The notes: generated by a model not told the origin, from the sequence alone. A stretch of DNA of 64,000 bases from an uncultured delta proteobacterium (GCA_963745835.1 CAVUZH010000020.1:64001-128000); one strand, 5' to 3'. Counted from the first letter of the stretch, positions 39,440 to 50,365 are shown. Program-made: numbers and translations.

Positions 39440-40561
39440 ATGGACTTATCATTGACCGAAGATCAAGAGATGTTGAAAAAGGTCGCGGCGGATTTTGTCA
39501 AAGCCGAAGTGCCGGCGCACCAGATGACCCAATGGTACAAGAACAAACAAACTTTTCAGCCGCAGCTGATAAAAAAAGCCGCGGAGATGGGCTGGCTGGG
39601 CATGATGCTGCCGGAAGAGCATGGCGGCGCCGGCTTGTCGGTGATGGACTGCGCTGTGGTTTTCGAAGAGCTTGGACGCGGCCCTGTGCCGGGCCCGCTT
39701 TTCACATCCGGTATTCTCAGCGCGCAGATGATTTTCGAGGCGTGCACCGAAGAACAAAGAAAATCTTTATTGCCGCCGCTTTGTAAAGGCGAAGCGATCG
39801 TCGTGCCGGCGATCACGGATAAAGCGGCTTACTGGGGACCGGAAGCGGTGGAAACCCGCCTTACTAAGCTTTCCGACCGCTACATCATGAGCGGGACCAA
39901 ACGCTTTGTCTTCGATGCCGAAGCCGCAACGTCATTTCTTTGCGCCGCCCGAACTGAGGAAGGAAAAGTCGTTTTCCTGCTGGTCGACGCCAAGAGCCCC
40001 GGAATCACGATCACACCTCACGTAGGCTTTTTCATTTCGGTCGCCGAAGTGCGTTTCGATAGAGTCATCGTATCGCCGAGCCATCTGCTGGGATCGAGCG
40101 GCGCGAGTTGGGTTACCTTGGAAGCCGCTCTGGAAAAATCGTTGCCGGTCCTATCCGCCTATCAAGTGGGCGCGACACAAGAAGTTTTCGACATGACCTG
40201 CGAGTATACCCGCACCCGGGTCGTTTTCGGTCAACCGATCGGACGCTTCCAGCGGGTGCAGGACCACTGCGTCGATATTTCAATTCATCTCGATCAGGCG
40301 CGCTGGGCGACCTACGAAGCGATTTGGCGCATCGATAGCGGCATGGCGGCCCGAGGCGCGGTTCACGAAGCAAAAGCAGTGGCCAGCGATGGCTATTATC
40401 ACGGCACCAACTACGCGCACATGGTGTGGGCCGGCCCGGGAACCGATTACGGTCACCCGATGATGGCGCACAGCGTGCTTGCCCACACGTTGTACCAATA
40501 TCTTGGCACTCCCGGGCACCACAAACGATTGATGATGGATGCGCTATATCCAAGGGGCTAA
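39440..40561 (+). CDS. Acyl-CoA dehydrogenase family protein (probable partner subunit)
   Basis: MDLSLTEDQEML, EELGR, GTKRFV, RVVFGQPIGRFQRVQ. Confidence 0.88.
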   Translation: MDLSLTEDQEMLKKVAADFVKAEVPAHQMTQWYKNKQTFQPQLIKKAAEMGWLGMMLPEEHGGAGLSVMDCAVVFEELGRGPVPGPLFTSGILSAQMIFEACTEEQRKSLLPPLCKGEAIVVPAITDKAAYWGPEAVETRLTKLSDRYIMSGTKRFVFDAEAATSFLCAARTEEGKVVFLLVDAKSPGITITPHVGFFISVAEVRFDRVIVSPSHLLGSSGASWVTLEAALEKSLPVLSAYQVGATQEVFDMTCEYTRTRVVFGQPIGRFQRVQDHCVDISIHLDQARWATYEAIWRIDSGMAARGAVHEAKAVASDGYYHGTNYAHMVWAGPGTDYGHPMMAHSVLAHTLYQYLGTPGHHKRLMMDALYPRG

Positions 40562-40846
40562 AGCCGCCTACGGTTGTGTGCGAGCGACCCTGGAGGGCAG
40601 GAATTAATCGAGGCGTACGACTTTCAGAAGCAGGCAAATAATGGTCGCCGATCCATCACTGCGCCGGAACTGCGCCGCACAAAAGAGATAGACAATCCAA
40701 AGGCAGTTGAGGTAGTAATGCGGCCAAGAAAGATCAAGAGATAGCCGCGGCGTTACCAGTACCACGCAGCTATAGAGCCGATAGCATTGTTTGTGAACCT
40801 TTTCATGAGAGGTCTTTCGATCAACTCATCAATGAAAGGAATCATA

Positions 40847-41941
40847 ATGAGTACGAGTAAATTGCGACCCATGTCGTGGCTAATCGGTTGCTCTCTTTTG
40901 ATTGCGGGATGGACGCAAGGATTGGCGGCTGAGAAGGCGCCCTATTACCAGGGAAAGACTTTAACCATCGTCATCAACTTTGCCGCCGGCGGTCCCACCG
41001 ATATCGAAGGACGAGTCTTCGGTAAGCATCTCGGCAAACATATCCCGGGGCAGCCTTCTGTAGTGGTTCAGAACATGGGCGGTGGCGGAGGCATCACAGG
41101 AGTGAACTATATCGGCGAAGTCGCCAAGCCGGATGGGCTCACCGCCGGCTACTTCACTGGCAGCCTATTTCACCATCAAACCAAAGACCCGGGACTGCGT
41201 GTGGATCTCGGGAAATTCGGGTTTATCACCGGTGTGCACGGCGTCACAATTTCGTATATCCGATCGGACACACCGCCGGGCATCAAGAAAGCGGCAGACT
41301 TCGTGAAGGCGGAACGGTTTAGGGCCGCAGGGTTAAGCGCGAGCAGTTCCAAAGACGTGCGCTTCCGGCTCTCGTTCGATTTGCTCGGCCTGAAATATGA
41401 CTATGTGACCGGTTACAGCTCCAGCTCCACCGCTCGATTGGCAGTTCAGCGCAACGAGGCTCAATATCACGACGAAACTCTCCCCGCTTACCGGGCCGCC
41501 GTCGAACCGCAGATGGTAAAAACCGGTGAAGTGACCGCGCTCTACTATACCGATTTGGTTTCACCCGATGGAGAAATTATTGTCAGCCCGGACGTGCCGG
41601 AGTTGTTGCCGTTCACACATTATTACAGGCAGGTGTTTGGCAAGATGCCCTCGGGTATAAAGTATGAAGCGCTCAAGGCAGCCAACATGTCGAGCACCAA
41701 CATGACGCGGCTGATCATGCTGCCGCCAAACTCGCCCGCCGAAGCCATCGCAACGCTCCGGCAGGCTATTGTCTCCCTATCGAAAGATTCCGACTTCAAT
41801 GCCGAGGCGATGAAGGCGATGCGTTTTCAACCTCGCTTCGAAGTCGGCGAACAGGGCGAACAGTTGTTTCAGAAAGTTTCACAAACGCCACCTGAGATCG
41901 TAACTTTCATACGACAGTACATCGACCAGGTGAACAAGTAA
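40847..41941 (+). CDS. TctC/Bug family binding protein
   Basis: YYQGKT, AGGPTDIEGR, VQNMGGGGG, AKPDGLT. Confidence 0.85.
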   Translation: MSTSKLRPMSWLIGCSLLIAGWTQGLAAEKAPYYQGKTLTIVINFAAGGPTDIEGRVFGKHLGKHIPGQPSVVVQNMGGGGGITGVNYIGEVAKPDGLTAGYFTGSLFHHQTKDPGLRVDLGKFGFITGVHGVTISYIRSDTPPGIKKAADFVKAERFRAAGLSASSSKDVRFRLSFDLLGLKYDYVTGYSSSSTARLAVQRNEAQYHDETLPAYRAAVEPQMVKTGEVTALYYTDLVSPDGEIIVSPDVPELLPFTHYYRQVFGKMPSGIKYEALKAANMSSTNMTRLIMLPPNSPAEAIATLRQAIVSLSKDSDFNAEAMKAMRFQPRFEVGEQGEQLFQKVSQTPPEIVTFIRQYIDQVNK

Positions 41942-42256
41942 TCTTCATTCCTCGCCACCAGGCGCAATTTCGGCCGATGCCCGGTGAAGCCCAATTCTTC
42001 GTCGAGCATCGGTTAGTGAGCGACGCCCTTGCGACGATTTCCTCGGCTTTGTCGACCAGTCTTGATTCACCGTTCACGGCCGCAGATGGGCTCGGGAAGA
42101 CCGCGCAGCTTCTTTGGCGCGGTTGGAACCACGCTGCTCGTTTAGGGAGTTAGACGCAACATAGCGAGGTTACTGACGATTTCACTAGACGCAGCGGATA
42201 ACGCTTGTCAGTTGATTGAGTCAGAGGTAAGAACCCTAAGGAGGCAAGTAGATTTG

Positions 42257-43303
42257 ATGATAATACTTGGTGTTTTGCTGTTAGCTTTTTCGCTATGGCC
42301 CGCGCACCTGCAGGCACAGGCCCGCAAAGCGGCGACGATCTCGGAGCTGGTGACTTACAACGGCGCGGATCGTGAACAGGTTCTGTACGCCGGCGCTAAA
42401 AACGAAGGCAAGCTAACTTGGTATACCTCACTGGCGGGTGACTCTTATAAAGCGATGGTCAAAGCATTCGAAACCAAGTACCCCGGCGTGAAAATCGAAG
42501 CCTATCGAGTCTCGGGCTCAGACATCACTACAAGAATGTTCGAAGAATCCAAGGCGAAAAGATATATAGCCGACACGGTGGAAACCACCGAAGGCAACCT
42601 GATGTTCATGCGCGATGCTTTTCTCCTGCGTCCCTATCATTCCCCCCATTTTTCCTCCTATCCGGAGGAAGCCAAAGAGAAAGGCGAGAGGGGCCTGTAT
42701 TTTTGGGCGATCGCGCGTGAATCCTATATCGGCTTTGCTTACAACAAGAATCTGCTCTCCAAGGGCGCAGTGCCAAAAAATTTCGAAGGGCTGCTTCATC
42801 CCGAGCTCAAGGGGCGCATGGGTGTATCGCTCAGCGATCCAATCTACAAAGTGATCGGCGCCATGTTGAAGACCAAGGGCCCGGAGTTTGTCAAGAAACT
42901 CAAGGTCCAGGAGATCGCGCTTCATACAATCATTCCGCCCGCTTTGCTCGACCTGATCGCCTCGGGTGAAGTGCTGGCCTCGCCCGGAATCTTTCGTAAT
43001 CACGTACTGGTTGCCGTCGACAAAGGTGCGCCGGTGGAGTGGTTGCCATTGGATCTCGTGCCGACCAATGTGGGCGGCGCCGCAATTGCCGCGCAACCGC
43101 CGCATCCTCATGCCGCGCTATTAATGGCGGATTACCTCCTGGGACCCGAAGGACAAGCGCTTCTGGCAAATTACCAGTATGGCAGCGCCACCAAGGATCT
43201 CGGTTTCAAACGCTGGCGACCGGACCATGGAATCAGCACCGATAAGTACGAAAAGGACCTGGAACGTTGGGAGAAACTACTCAAAGAAATCAGCCGCAGG
43301 TGA
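42257..43303 (+). CDS. ABC extracellular solute-binding protein (Fe3+/thiamine family)
   Basis: GAKNEGKLTWYTS, AYNKNL, KGAPVEW, PHPHAALL. Confidence 0.85.
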   Translation: MIILGVLLLAFSLWPAHLQAQARKAATISELVTYNGADREQVLYAGAKNEGKLTWYTSLAGDSYKAMVKAFETKYPGVKIEAYRVSGSDITTRMFEESKAKRYIADTVETTEGNLMFMRDAFLLRPYHSPHFSSYPEEAKEKGERGLYFWAIARESYIGFAYNKNLLSKGAVPKNFEGLLHPELKGRMGVSLSDPIYKVIGAMLKTKGPEFVKKLKVQEIALHTIIPPALLDLIASGEVLASPGIFRNHVLVAVDKGAPVEWLPLDLVPTNVGGAAIAAQPPHPHAALLMADYLLGPEGQALLANYQYGSATKDLGFKRWRPDHGISTDKYEKDLERWEKLLKEISRR

Positions 43304-43420
43304 TGCAGCGAATCGACACAGCTTTCTACGAGACGCAAGGAGTTGCCTTTTGACCAAGTTGTTTCTTCTCAACCATTGTCATAGGAACAAGAAAATTCTA
43401 AAGCCTAAGAGGGCCTGCCT

Positions 43421-45115
43421 ATGTATGCCATGATGATGCGCAATCCAGCCCAGTGGTTGTTTCTTTTAACCAGTGTGACCTTGGCCTACCTGGTGCTGCC
43501 GCCGTTCTTTTTCATTCTGCACACCAGCCTGGTGACGGACCGCGGTCTGCAAGCCGGTAGTTTCACCATCCAACATTTTGCCAACATCATCGAATCCTTA
43601 GGGGACGTCAAAACTCTCTTGAGCAATTCCATGATCTTCTCGATCGGCAGCGCCGGAATCGCTTTGGTTTATGGAACATTATTGGCTTGGCTGGCGGAGC
43701 GCAGCAATGCGCCGTTTCGCAAACTCGCCTACGTTTCCGCTTACGTATCGTTCGCTATTCCGGGCATCATCAAAGTGGTCGGCTGGATCATGCTCCTGGG
43801 CCCCAAGGCGGGAATTCTCAATGCTCCGGCAGTTGCTTGGACCGGCCAACCCTTTTTCAACATATTCTCCATGAGTGGAATGATCCTGGTGGAAAGCTTT
43901 CTGTGGATTCCGATCGTATTCCTGCTCATGTCGACGCCGTTTCGTTCTATGGATCCGTCGCTGGAAGAAGCCGCAACCACCGCGGGTAGCAGCGGCTGGC
44001 AAGTTTTCCGCCGGGTGACTTTTCCGCTGGCCTTGCCCAGCGTGTTGGCAGTTTTGATACTGACTTTCATCCGCTCGCTCGAAGCTTTCGAGATCCCGGC
44101 GCTGATCGGCATCCCCGCCGGGGTCGAAGTGCTCACCACCAAAATCTATTTGCAAATAAAAGGCGGGCTAATTCCCAAGTATGGCGAAGCTAGTGCCTAT
44201 TCCATCATTCTGATCATTCTAGTCGGCCTGGGACTGATCCCGTACTATCGCATCACCAGCAAGACCTATAAATTCACCACTATCAGCGGCAAAAACTTTC
44301 GCCCCAACCGGATCGAACTCGGCAAGTGGCGCTGGTTCGGCGGCTTCTTGATGCTCGCGTTACCCTTGCTCCAGTTCGTGCCCATCGCGGCCATCGCATG
44401 GTCCTCGTTCCTACCGTTCGCTCAAGTGCCGTCGCGCAAAGCCCTGTCGATGTTGACCTTCAACAATTACGCCACCGCGTTCGCCGACAGCAGCATCATT
44501 CGCTCCGTGCTGAACAGCTTGACCGTGAGCATCAGCTCGGCAACGGTTGCCGTACTCATTACCTTCTTTGCCGCCTGGTTGATCGTTCGAGCATCGATCA
44601 AATCGCGTTGGCTGCTCGATCAAATGGCGATGCTGCCTCTGGTTTTTCCGGGCATTGTCATGGGCATAGCGATTCTTAAGATGTATCTGATTCTGCCGGT
44701 GCCGGTTTATGGCACGATCTGGATCCTGGTGCTGGCATTCATCGCGCGCTATCTACCCTATGGTATTCGCTTCAGCCATTCGGCGCTTTTAAGCCTGCAT
44801 AAAGAACTCGAGGAGGGCGCCACCACCAGCGGCGCCAGCTGGTTCCAGATGGTCCGTCATGTGGTCGTGCCGCTGATTATGCCCGCGCTGCTCGCCGGTT
44901 GGATTTATATCTTTCTAATTACCTTTAAGGAATTATCCATTGCTCTTTTGCTCTACTCGCCGGGATCGCAAGTGGTCGCGGTCACGATCTGGGAGCTATG
45001 GGACAACGGCCATGTCGGCGAGTTGGCGGCCTTCAGCCTGATCATCACCATCGGCACTGTGATCGTCGGTTCGATCTTTCTCAACATCGCGCATCGCTAT
45101 GGGCTACAGGATTAA
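43421..45115 (+). CDS. ABC transporter permease (FbpB-like, duplicated domain)
   Basis: Two EAA loops (MDPSLEEAA, LHKELEEGA) and many TM segments. Confidence 0.9.
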   Translation: MYAMMMRNPAQWLFLLTSVTLAYLVLPPFFFILHTSLVTDRGLQAGSFTIQHFANIIESLGDVKTLLSNSMIFSIGSAGIALVYGTLLAWLAERSNAPFRKLAYVSAYVSFAIPGIIKVVGWIMLLGPKAGILNAPAVAWTGQPFFNIFSMSGMILVESFLWIPIVFLLMSTPFRSMDPSLEEAATTAGSSGWQVFRRVTFPLALPSVLAVLILTFIRSLEAFEIPALIGIPAGVEVLTTKIYLQIKGGLIPKYGEASAYSIILIILVGLGLIPYYRITSKTYKFTTISGKNFRPNRIELGKWRWFGGFLMLALPLLQFVPIAAIAWSSFLPFAQVPSRKALSMLTFNNYATAFADSSIIRSVLNSLTVSISSATVAVLITFFAAWLIVRASIKSRWLLDQMAMLPLVFPGIVMGIAILKMYLILPVPVYGTIWILVLAFIARYLPYGIRFSHSALLSLHKELEEGATTSGASWFQMVRHVVVPLIMPALLAGWIYIFLITFKELSIALLLYSPGSQVVAVTIWELWDNGHVGELAAFSLIITIGTVIVGSIFLNIAHRYGLQD

Positions 45116-45237
45116 AAGATAGGGCGGTTCAAGAGTTCAATAGTTCAACGGTTCAATGTCAGAGAGTTCAAGCTGCCTTAAAGCTCGTCCCAACGTTTTG
45201 AACGGCTTGAACAGCCGTTATTTTTGGAGGTTAATTC

Positions 45238-46245
45238 GTGGAATTTACTGTCATCGACGCGGATGCGCATCACCTCGATGGGCCCGCTTATAAGAACTAT
45301 TTGCCGGAACGTTTTCGCAAAAGAAGCGGGCCGTACTTTCCTGCGTTCGGCTGGGACATCTTTCTGAACGACACGACTGGCAGGAAGCCGGCCACCCCTC
45401 AGGAGTACTGCAAGGATCTTGACGTCGAAAACATCGGCGATGCCGTAGCCTATCCTAGTAACGCGCTTTCCATCGGCCTGGTACGCGAGCTCGATCTCGT
45501 CGTTGAGCTGGCCAAGGCATACAACAACTGGGCTTGCGACTTCTGCAAGAGCAGCGGCAATCGAGTTAAATACGCCGCGGTGATCGCGCCGCAAGTGGTG
45601 CCTGAAGCGGTGAAGGAGATCCGCCGCAGCATCCAAGAACTCGGCGCGGTGGCCGTGATGGTGCCGACTTATGTGCAGTCCGGCATGGACCTGGGCCAAC
45701 CGGAATTCGATCCTATCTATGCGGAAGCTCAGGAGCTCGGCGTGCCGATCGGATTTCACGCCACCGCGCAGGTCTCGCAAGGCAACTGGCGCTTTCACAA
45801 ATATCTTGGCGTGCACATGACGTCCCATCCATTCGAGCAGATGCTGACCATCGTGGCGATTATTTCCAATGGCGTGCTCGACCGCTTTCCGAAACTGAAA
45901 GTCGCCTTCCTCGAAGCCGGGGTCGGCTGGCTGCCCTACTGGATGGAGCGCTTCGATGAAAAATATCTCAGACGCAAATCCGAGATGGAGCCACTGAAGA
46001 TGCTGCCCAGCGAATATGTAAAGAGTAATCGGTGCTACTTCACCTGCGAAGGCGAGGAGTCGGCGTTGCCGTTGGTGATCGAGCAATTCGGCGATCAGTG
46101 CATGATGTATGCCTCGGACTACCCGCACTGGGACATGGAATGGCCGCACAGCGTCAGCCAGGTGGTGCGGCGTAAAGACATCTCGGACCAAACCAAACAA
46201 AGAATTCTTGCCGACAACGCTAAGAATTTCTACCGTTTCGCATGA
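45238..46245 (+). CDS. Amidohydrolase family protein
   Basis: IDADAH, GFH, FLEAGVGW, ASDYPH. Confidence 0.9.
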   Translation: MEFTVIDADAHHLDGPAYKNYLPERFRKRSGPYFPAFGWDIFLNDTTGRKPATPQEYCKDLDVENIGDAVAYPSNALSIGLVRELDLVVELAKAYNNWACDFCKSSGNRVKYAAVIAPQVVPEAVKEIRRSIQELGAVAVMVPTYVQSGMDLGQPEFDPIYAEAQELGVPIGFHATAQVSQGNWRFHKYLGVHMTSHPFEQMLTIVAIISNGVLDRFPKLKVAFLEAGVGWLPYWMERFDEKYLRRKSEMEPLKMLPSEYVKSNRCYFTCEGEESALPLVIEQFGDQCMMYASDYPHWDMEWPHSVSQVVRRKDISDQTKQRILADNAKNFYRFA

Positions 46246-46356
46246 CCAGCTCGAGTCATCTACAGTGGACCAGCCAAAGTTGTGATCCCTGTAACCGCTT
46301 GAATCCGCTGACGTCGAACCTTGAACTTTTGAACCGTTGAACCATAGGAGAAGAAC

Positions 46357-47169
46357 ATGTCCGACAACAAACTGATTATCGCCGACATCAACGAATCCGA
46401 TGGCATCGCCTGGTTGACGCTTAACCGGCCGGAGAAAAAGAACGCTCTTAGCCTTGTGCTACTGAGCGAACTGGCCGGCATTCTTCGCTCTCTCGCCGAC
46501 AACGACAAGATACGCTGCATCGTCACCAGCGGCGCCGGTGGTACGTACTCTTCGGGTCGCGATCTTTACGATATGAGAGGCCAGGAAAACCGTCGCCGTA
46601 CCCGCGGCATCGGTGGCGTCGCGGAAATTGTCGACATCATGCGCAAGTTGCCTCAAGTGACGATTGCGAAAGTGAGCGGCTGGTGTCTCGGCGGCGGTCT
46701 GGCGATGATCAACGGCCACGATATCGTTATCGCCACCGACACCGCCATGTTCGGTATGCCGGAAGTCATCCGCGGCAGCTATGGCGCCACTGCCACCCCA
46801 ACATTATTTCACGCTGGCATTCCATTTAAGAAAGCCTTTTTCATTTCTCTCACCGGGCGAAATCTAAGCGGAGTCGAAGCCGAACGGGTTGGCTTGATAT
46901 CTCAGGTCGTGCCGGAGAAAGAACTCGAAGGATATGTCGAGACTCTCGCAAAGGAAATCGGTAGCCGCAATGGCGCAACTTTAGAAAACGCCAAGATCGC
47001 CGCTTACATGCAAAAAGATCTTTCTTTTGAAATGGCTTTGAAAGCGGATGATTTGGTGTCACACCGCATGCGCTACTACACCAATCCATTGAGCGATGTC
47101 GAAGGCTATCTGCATTCGCAAAAAGGCGGCGGTACCGTGAAATACGTCAAGCCGGAAGAACGAAAATAA
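46357..47169 (+). CDS. Enoyl-CoA hydratase/isomerase family protein
   Basis: TLNRPEKKNAL, SSGRDL, GWCLGGG, FGMPE. Confidence 0.9.
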   Translation: MSDNKLIIADINESDGIAWLTLNRPEKKNALSLVLLSELAGILRSLADNDKIRCIVTSGAGGTYSSGRDLYDMRGQENRRRTRGIGGVAEIVDIMRKLPQVTIAKVSGWCLGGGLAMINGHDIVIATDTAMFGMPEVIRGSYGATATPTLFHAGIPFKKAFFISLTGRNLSGVEAERVGLISQVVPEKELEGYVETLAKEIGSRNGATLENAKIAAYMQKDLSFEMALKADDLVSHRMRYYTNPLSDVEGYLHSQKGGGTVKYVKPEERK

Positions 47170-47261
47170 GTCGCGGAGATTTCAACTCGTCGCTCAGCTC
47201 ACCTGATGTTAGCCGGCGTGGACGTCTTATGTTTAGACGTCAGAAACGTCACAAGTATCAT

Positions 47262-47735
47262 TCATGGATACTCCAAGCCGCTAACCGTTTTTAGCGTGAG
47301 CGGCGCGGCTTTGCGCGTCCGGCTGTACGCTTTGGTTGGGCCGTAAGTTTCTCCCCACAATTCTCGCGGAGAAAGAATCGCCATCTTCTCAGCTTGCCGT
47401 GTACCAAGGATTTCCTTATCACCTGTTACAAACACATCGGCCTTAGCAGATATCGCGGCGGACAGGATAGGCAAATCGGATTCATCTTTGATTTCGACCG
47501 TGGGAACCGCGCCGGGCTTGGCAAGTACTATGTCTTGGCTGAGTAGCGAGATGAAGTCAGCGATTAAGTCCTGAGGGATGCCGAACTTGCTGCGAAAGAC
47601 ACGCTCGAGTTCGTTCAGCACTTGTGCAGAAGTCAGTAGCTCGTGTGAAGTGAGAACCTCACGCAGGACGTCTGCGCATAATCCGCGAGTTGCCGCTGCG
47701 CTGGCCAAGACATTGGTATCGAGGAAAACCCTCAC
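47262..47735 (-). CDS. PIN-family toxin
   Basis: RVFLDTNVL, LNELE, DESDLPILSAA, VTGDKE. Confidence 0.88.
   Translation of the reverse strand: MRVFLDTNVLASAAATRGLCADVLREVLTSHELLTSAQVLNELERVFRSKFGIPQDLIADFISLLSQDIVLAKPGAVPTVEIKDESDLPILSAAISAKADVFVTGDKEILGTRQAEKMAILSPRELWGETYGPTKAYSRTRKAAPLTLKTVSGLEYP
47279..47341 (-). other. attC-like integron cassette recombination site
   Basis: Minus strand GCCCAAC-caaa-GCGTACAGCCGGACGCGCAAAGCCGCGCCGCTCACGC-taaaaacg-GTTAGCG: RYYYAAC...GTT imperfect hairpin, then GGAG-ATG. Confidence 0.6.
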
Positions 47736-47953
47736 GAGACATCTGCGAACACATCTTCGTCCGTGTGGTAGCCGCGCGCCTCCGCAAAAGGCATAATCTT
47801 GCGGCGCAAAGCTTCAAACTGGCTGATACGAAGCTGGCGGCGCAGCGCCTCCCGGGCGACTTCGCTCCGGTTCTTTCCTGAACGACGGCTCGCCTTCGTC
47901 AGTAGTTCGTTGAGATCTTTGTCGAGTCTGATGGTGAGGGTGCTTGTCTTCAT
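47732..47953 (-). CDS. Ribbon-helix-helix (CopG) antitoxin
   Basis: TLTIRLD...GKNRSEVAREALRR; GTGA overlap with the toxin gene. Confidence 0.85.
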   Translation of the reverse strand: MKTSTLTIRLDKDLNELLTKASRRSGKNRSEVAREALRRQLRISQFEALRRKIMPFAEARGYHTDEDVFADVS

Positions 47954-47989
47954 GTCCAACAATGTAAGACACGTAGGTTCCACCGTCAA
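47954..47989 (-). promoter_or_regulatory. Sigma70 promoter, likely leaderless, for the RHH-PIN operon
   Basis: TTGACG-17-TACATT-7-ATG, overlapping the imperfect palindrome TGTCTTACA-T-TGTTGGACA. Confidence 0.55.
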
Positions 47990-48548
47990 ATCTGAGCTTT
48001 CGGGCCAACGTACCAGGCCGAAGGGACGAGACAGCGAGCGAAGCGACCGGGGTTCGAGGATACGTTTCGAGCCGCTTGTCGAACCGAGACACAAAGTTAC
48101 TAACAATCAACAATGCCCGGCGCATCCGTTACACATTCGCCGACCGATTTTACTCCTGGAAAGGTACGAATTTTGGGGCACCCGCTCACGGCGCAACTCT
48201 GATGCGCTCCAGAAACTCTCGTAGTGATTCAAGATCACTGACCGATTCAGTAGCGATCTGTTCTGCTCCAAGGAACCGAAGTCGATACATAGTCGATCAA
48301 CGGACGAAGACGCTCGAAGTCTGTGATCATACTAAAATCAATAACGTATTCGGCTGCCGATGCCATGCGGACCATCAGCATCCACGAAACACAAACAACA
48401 GAAGTTTCTTCATGAGCAAGTGTTCTCATTAGCGTCGGCTACATACGTAGCGTCATTGACCGACTGGCGCGCTAAACTGGACGCCTTACCCAAGGAGTGA
48501 TAAGCCTGCGGCTTGTGGGAGACCCGATTACCAGGAGGTCGCGGCCCT

Positions 48549-49559
48549 ATGATGGATAGTCGCTTGAAGATTCTTGTTGCTGCCAGCTTGGCTTTACTCA
48601 TTGCGTTTGGCTTGACCTTCAGTTCAGCTATCGCCGCCGATCGCCTGCGCATCGGCTTGAGCTCGTTTACTCCAATCAACGCTGCGGTGTGGATCGCCGA
48701 GGACAAAGGTCTATTCAAGAAGTACGGCATTGACCCGGAGGTGATTGTGGTTGGCGGGGCTTCCGCCGGCGGGGTCAGCTCATTACTCGCCGGCGACATT
48801 CAATTTCTGACCGGTGGCGGTGGCGCTGTGATCAATGCCGCGCTCAGTGGAGCCGATGTCGTGATGGTGGCATCGATCGTTAATAAAGGCGTCCAGAGAG
48901 TGATGGCTCGAGCTGACCTCAAGCGCCCTGAAGATCTCAAGGGCAAACGGATCGGCGTCACCCGCTTAGGCGCATCGTCACATATGGTCCTGCTGCTGAT
49001 GCTGCGCGCCTGGAAGATGAATCCCACTGATGTGCAAGCCATTCAGGTTGGCTCCTCGCCGGCGATGATGGCGGCTCTGGAGAAGGGCGGCATCGATGCT
49101 GCTGTTCTGACAGAGCCGACGTTTTTTATCGCCGAAGACCTTGGCTATCGAGTGCTCGCCGACCTGGCCGATATGGATATCTATTACCTGCACAGCATGA
49201 TCGACACGACCCGCTCCTACTTGCGTTCACACCGGGATCTCGCCACTCGCTTCATCAAAGCGTATGTCGAGGGGATTGCCTACTTCAAGAAGAATCGGGC
49301 CGAATCGGTGGAGGTCATGAAGAAAAAACTTCGCACTGCGCCGGCACAGACAAAATATCTGGAGCGGTCGCACACACTTTATGCTTCCGGGTACTTCGAG
49401 AATGCGCCGTACCCCTCGCTTAAAGGCGCCAGTAGCGTGCTCGAATTTCTATCCAGGGACAATCCGCGCGCCCGAACCGCCGATCCGAAATCAGTCATCG
49501 ACGCCAGCATCGTCAAGGAACTGGACGATACCGGATTTATCAAGAAGCTCTACGAATAG
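48549..49559 (+). CDS. ABC transporter substrate-binding protein (NMT1/SsuA-like)
   Basis: KGLFKKYGID, DLKGKRIGVTRLG. Confidence 0.88.
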   Translation: MMDSRLKILVAASLALLIAFGLTFSSAIAADRLRIGLSSFTPINAAVWIAEDKGLFKKYGIDPEVIVVGGASAGGVSSLLAGDIQFLTGGGGAVINAALSGADVVMVASIVNKGVQRVMARADLKRPEDLKGKRIGVTRLGASSHMVLLLMLRAWKMNPTDVQAIQVGSSPAMMAALEKGGIDAAVLTEPTFFIAEDLGYRVLADLADMDIYYLHSMIDTTRSYLRSHRDLATRFIKAYVEGIAYFKKNRAESVEVMKKKLRTAPAQTKYLERSHTLYASGYFENAPYPSLKGASSVLEFLSRDNPRARTADPKSVIDASIVKELDDTGFIKKLYE

Positions 49560-49568
49560 GAGGTCGAA

Positions 49569-50216
49569 ATGGCACTGTCTCTCGAAGAGCGCGCCGATCC
49601 AAGTCACGGCATGCTGATTGTCGTCGATATGCAGAATGACTTCTGTCATCGGCAAGGCGCCGCCTGCAAACGGGGCCGCGACATGGATTTCGTACAAAAA
49701 ATGATTCCCAGGCTGATTCGACTGTTGGAGCAAGCCCGCGAGCACAACTTCCCGATTTGTTTCGTGCGCACATCCGGCAATCAATGGACCAACTCACCGG
49801 TATGGACAGAATTTAAAAATCCCGAGTTGCTCGCCTGCGCCGACGGTAGCTGGGGGGCCGAATTTCACGCCGGTTTAGAACCGCGACGGGGTGAGATGAT
49901 CGTGACTAAACATCGATACAGCGCCTTTATCGGCACTGATCTGGACATGCTACTGCGCGCTCGCGGTGTCAAAAGTTTGTTGGTGACCGGAGTTGGCACC
50001 GGCATGTGCGTCTTTCATACTTTGACGGTTGGCTTCATGCTGGATTATTACATCACCCTGGTTGAAGACTGCGCCGCCACGACGTACGGACCCGCGGCGC
50101 ACAATGAGGCGGTCGCGCTGGTGCGGAAGCACTATGGGCGTGTCGCTTCATCCGACGAGATCATCGCGCATTGGAACGGTTCATCGCGAAGCCTCGAGAG
50201 CCGTCGGATAGGTTGA
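49569..50216 (+). CDS. Isochorismatase-family cysteine hydrolase (RutB-like)
   Basis: VVDMQNDF, KHRYSAF, GVGTGMCV (D-K-C triad). Confidence 0.9.
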   Translation: MALSLEERADPSHGMLIVVDMQNDFCHRQGAACKRGRDMDFVQKMIPRLIRLLEQAREHNFPICFVRTSGNQWTNSPVWTEFKNPELLACADGSWGAEFHAGLEPRRGEMIVTKHRYSAFIGTDLDMLLRARGVKSLLVTGVGTGMCVFHTLTVGFMLDYYITLVEDCAATTYGPAAHNEAVALVRKHYGRVASSDEIIAHWNGSSRSLESRRIG

Positions 50217-50365
50217 TCACAGTGTCTCTTCATGCCTTCTTTACGGGTGAAGACCCGCTGTGATAAATCAGCCGCGCACAAACCGCGCGGTGAGCTTTCA
50301 CGCAGCACACATAAAATCTCTTGCGTCAGCGCCTCTGCTTAAGTATAGCAAGCAGGGATCGTCCT

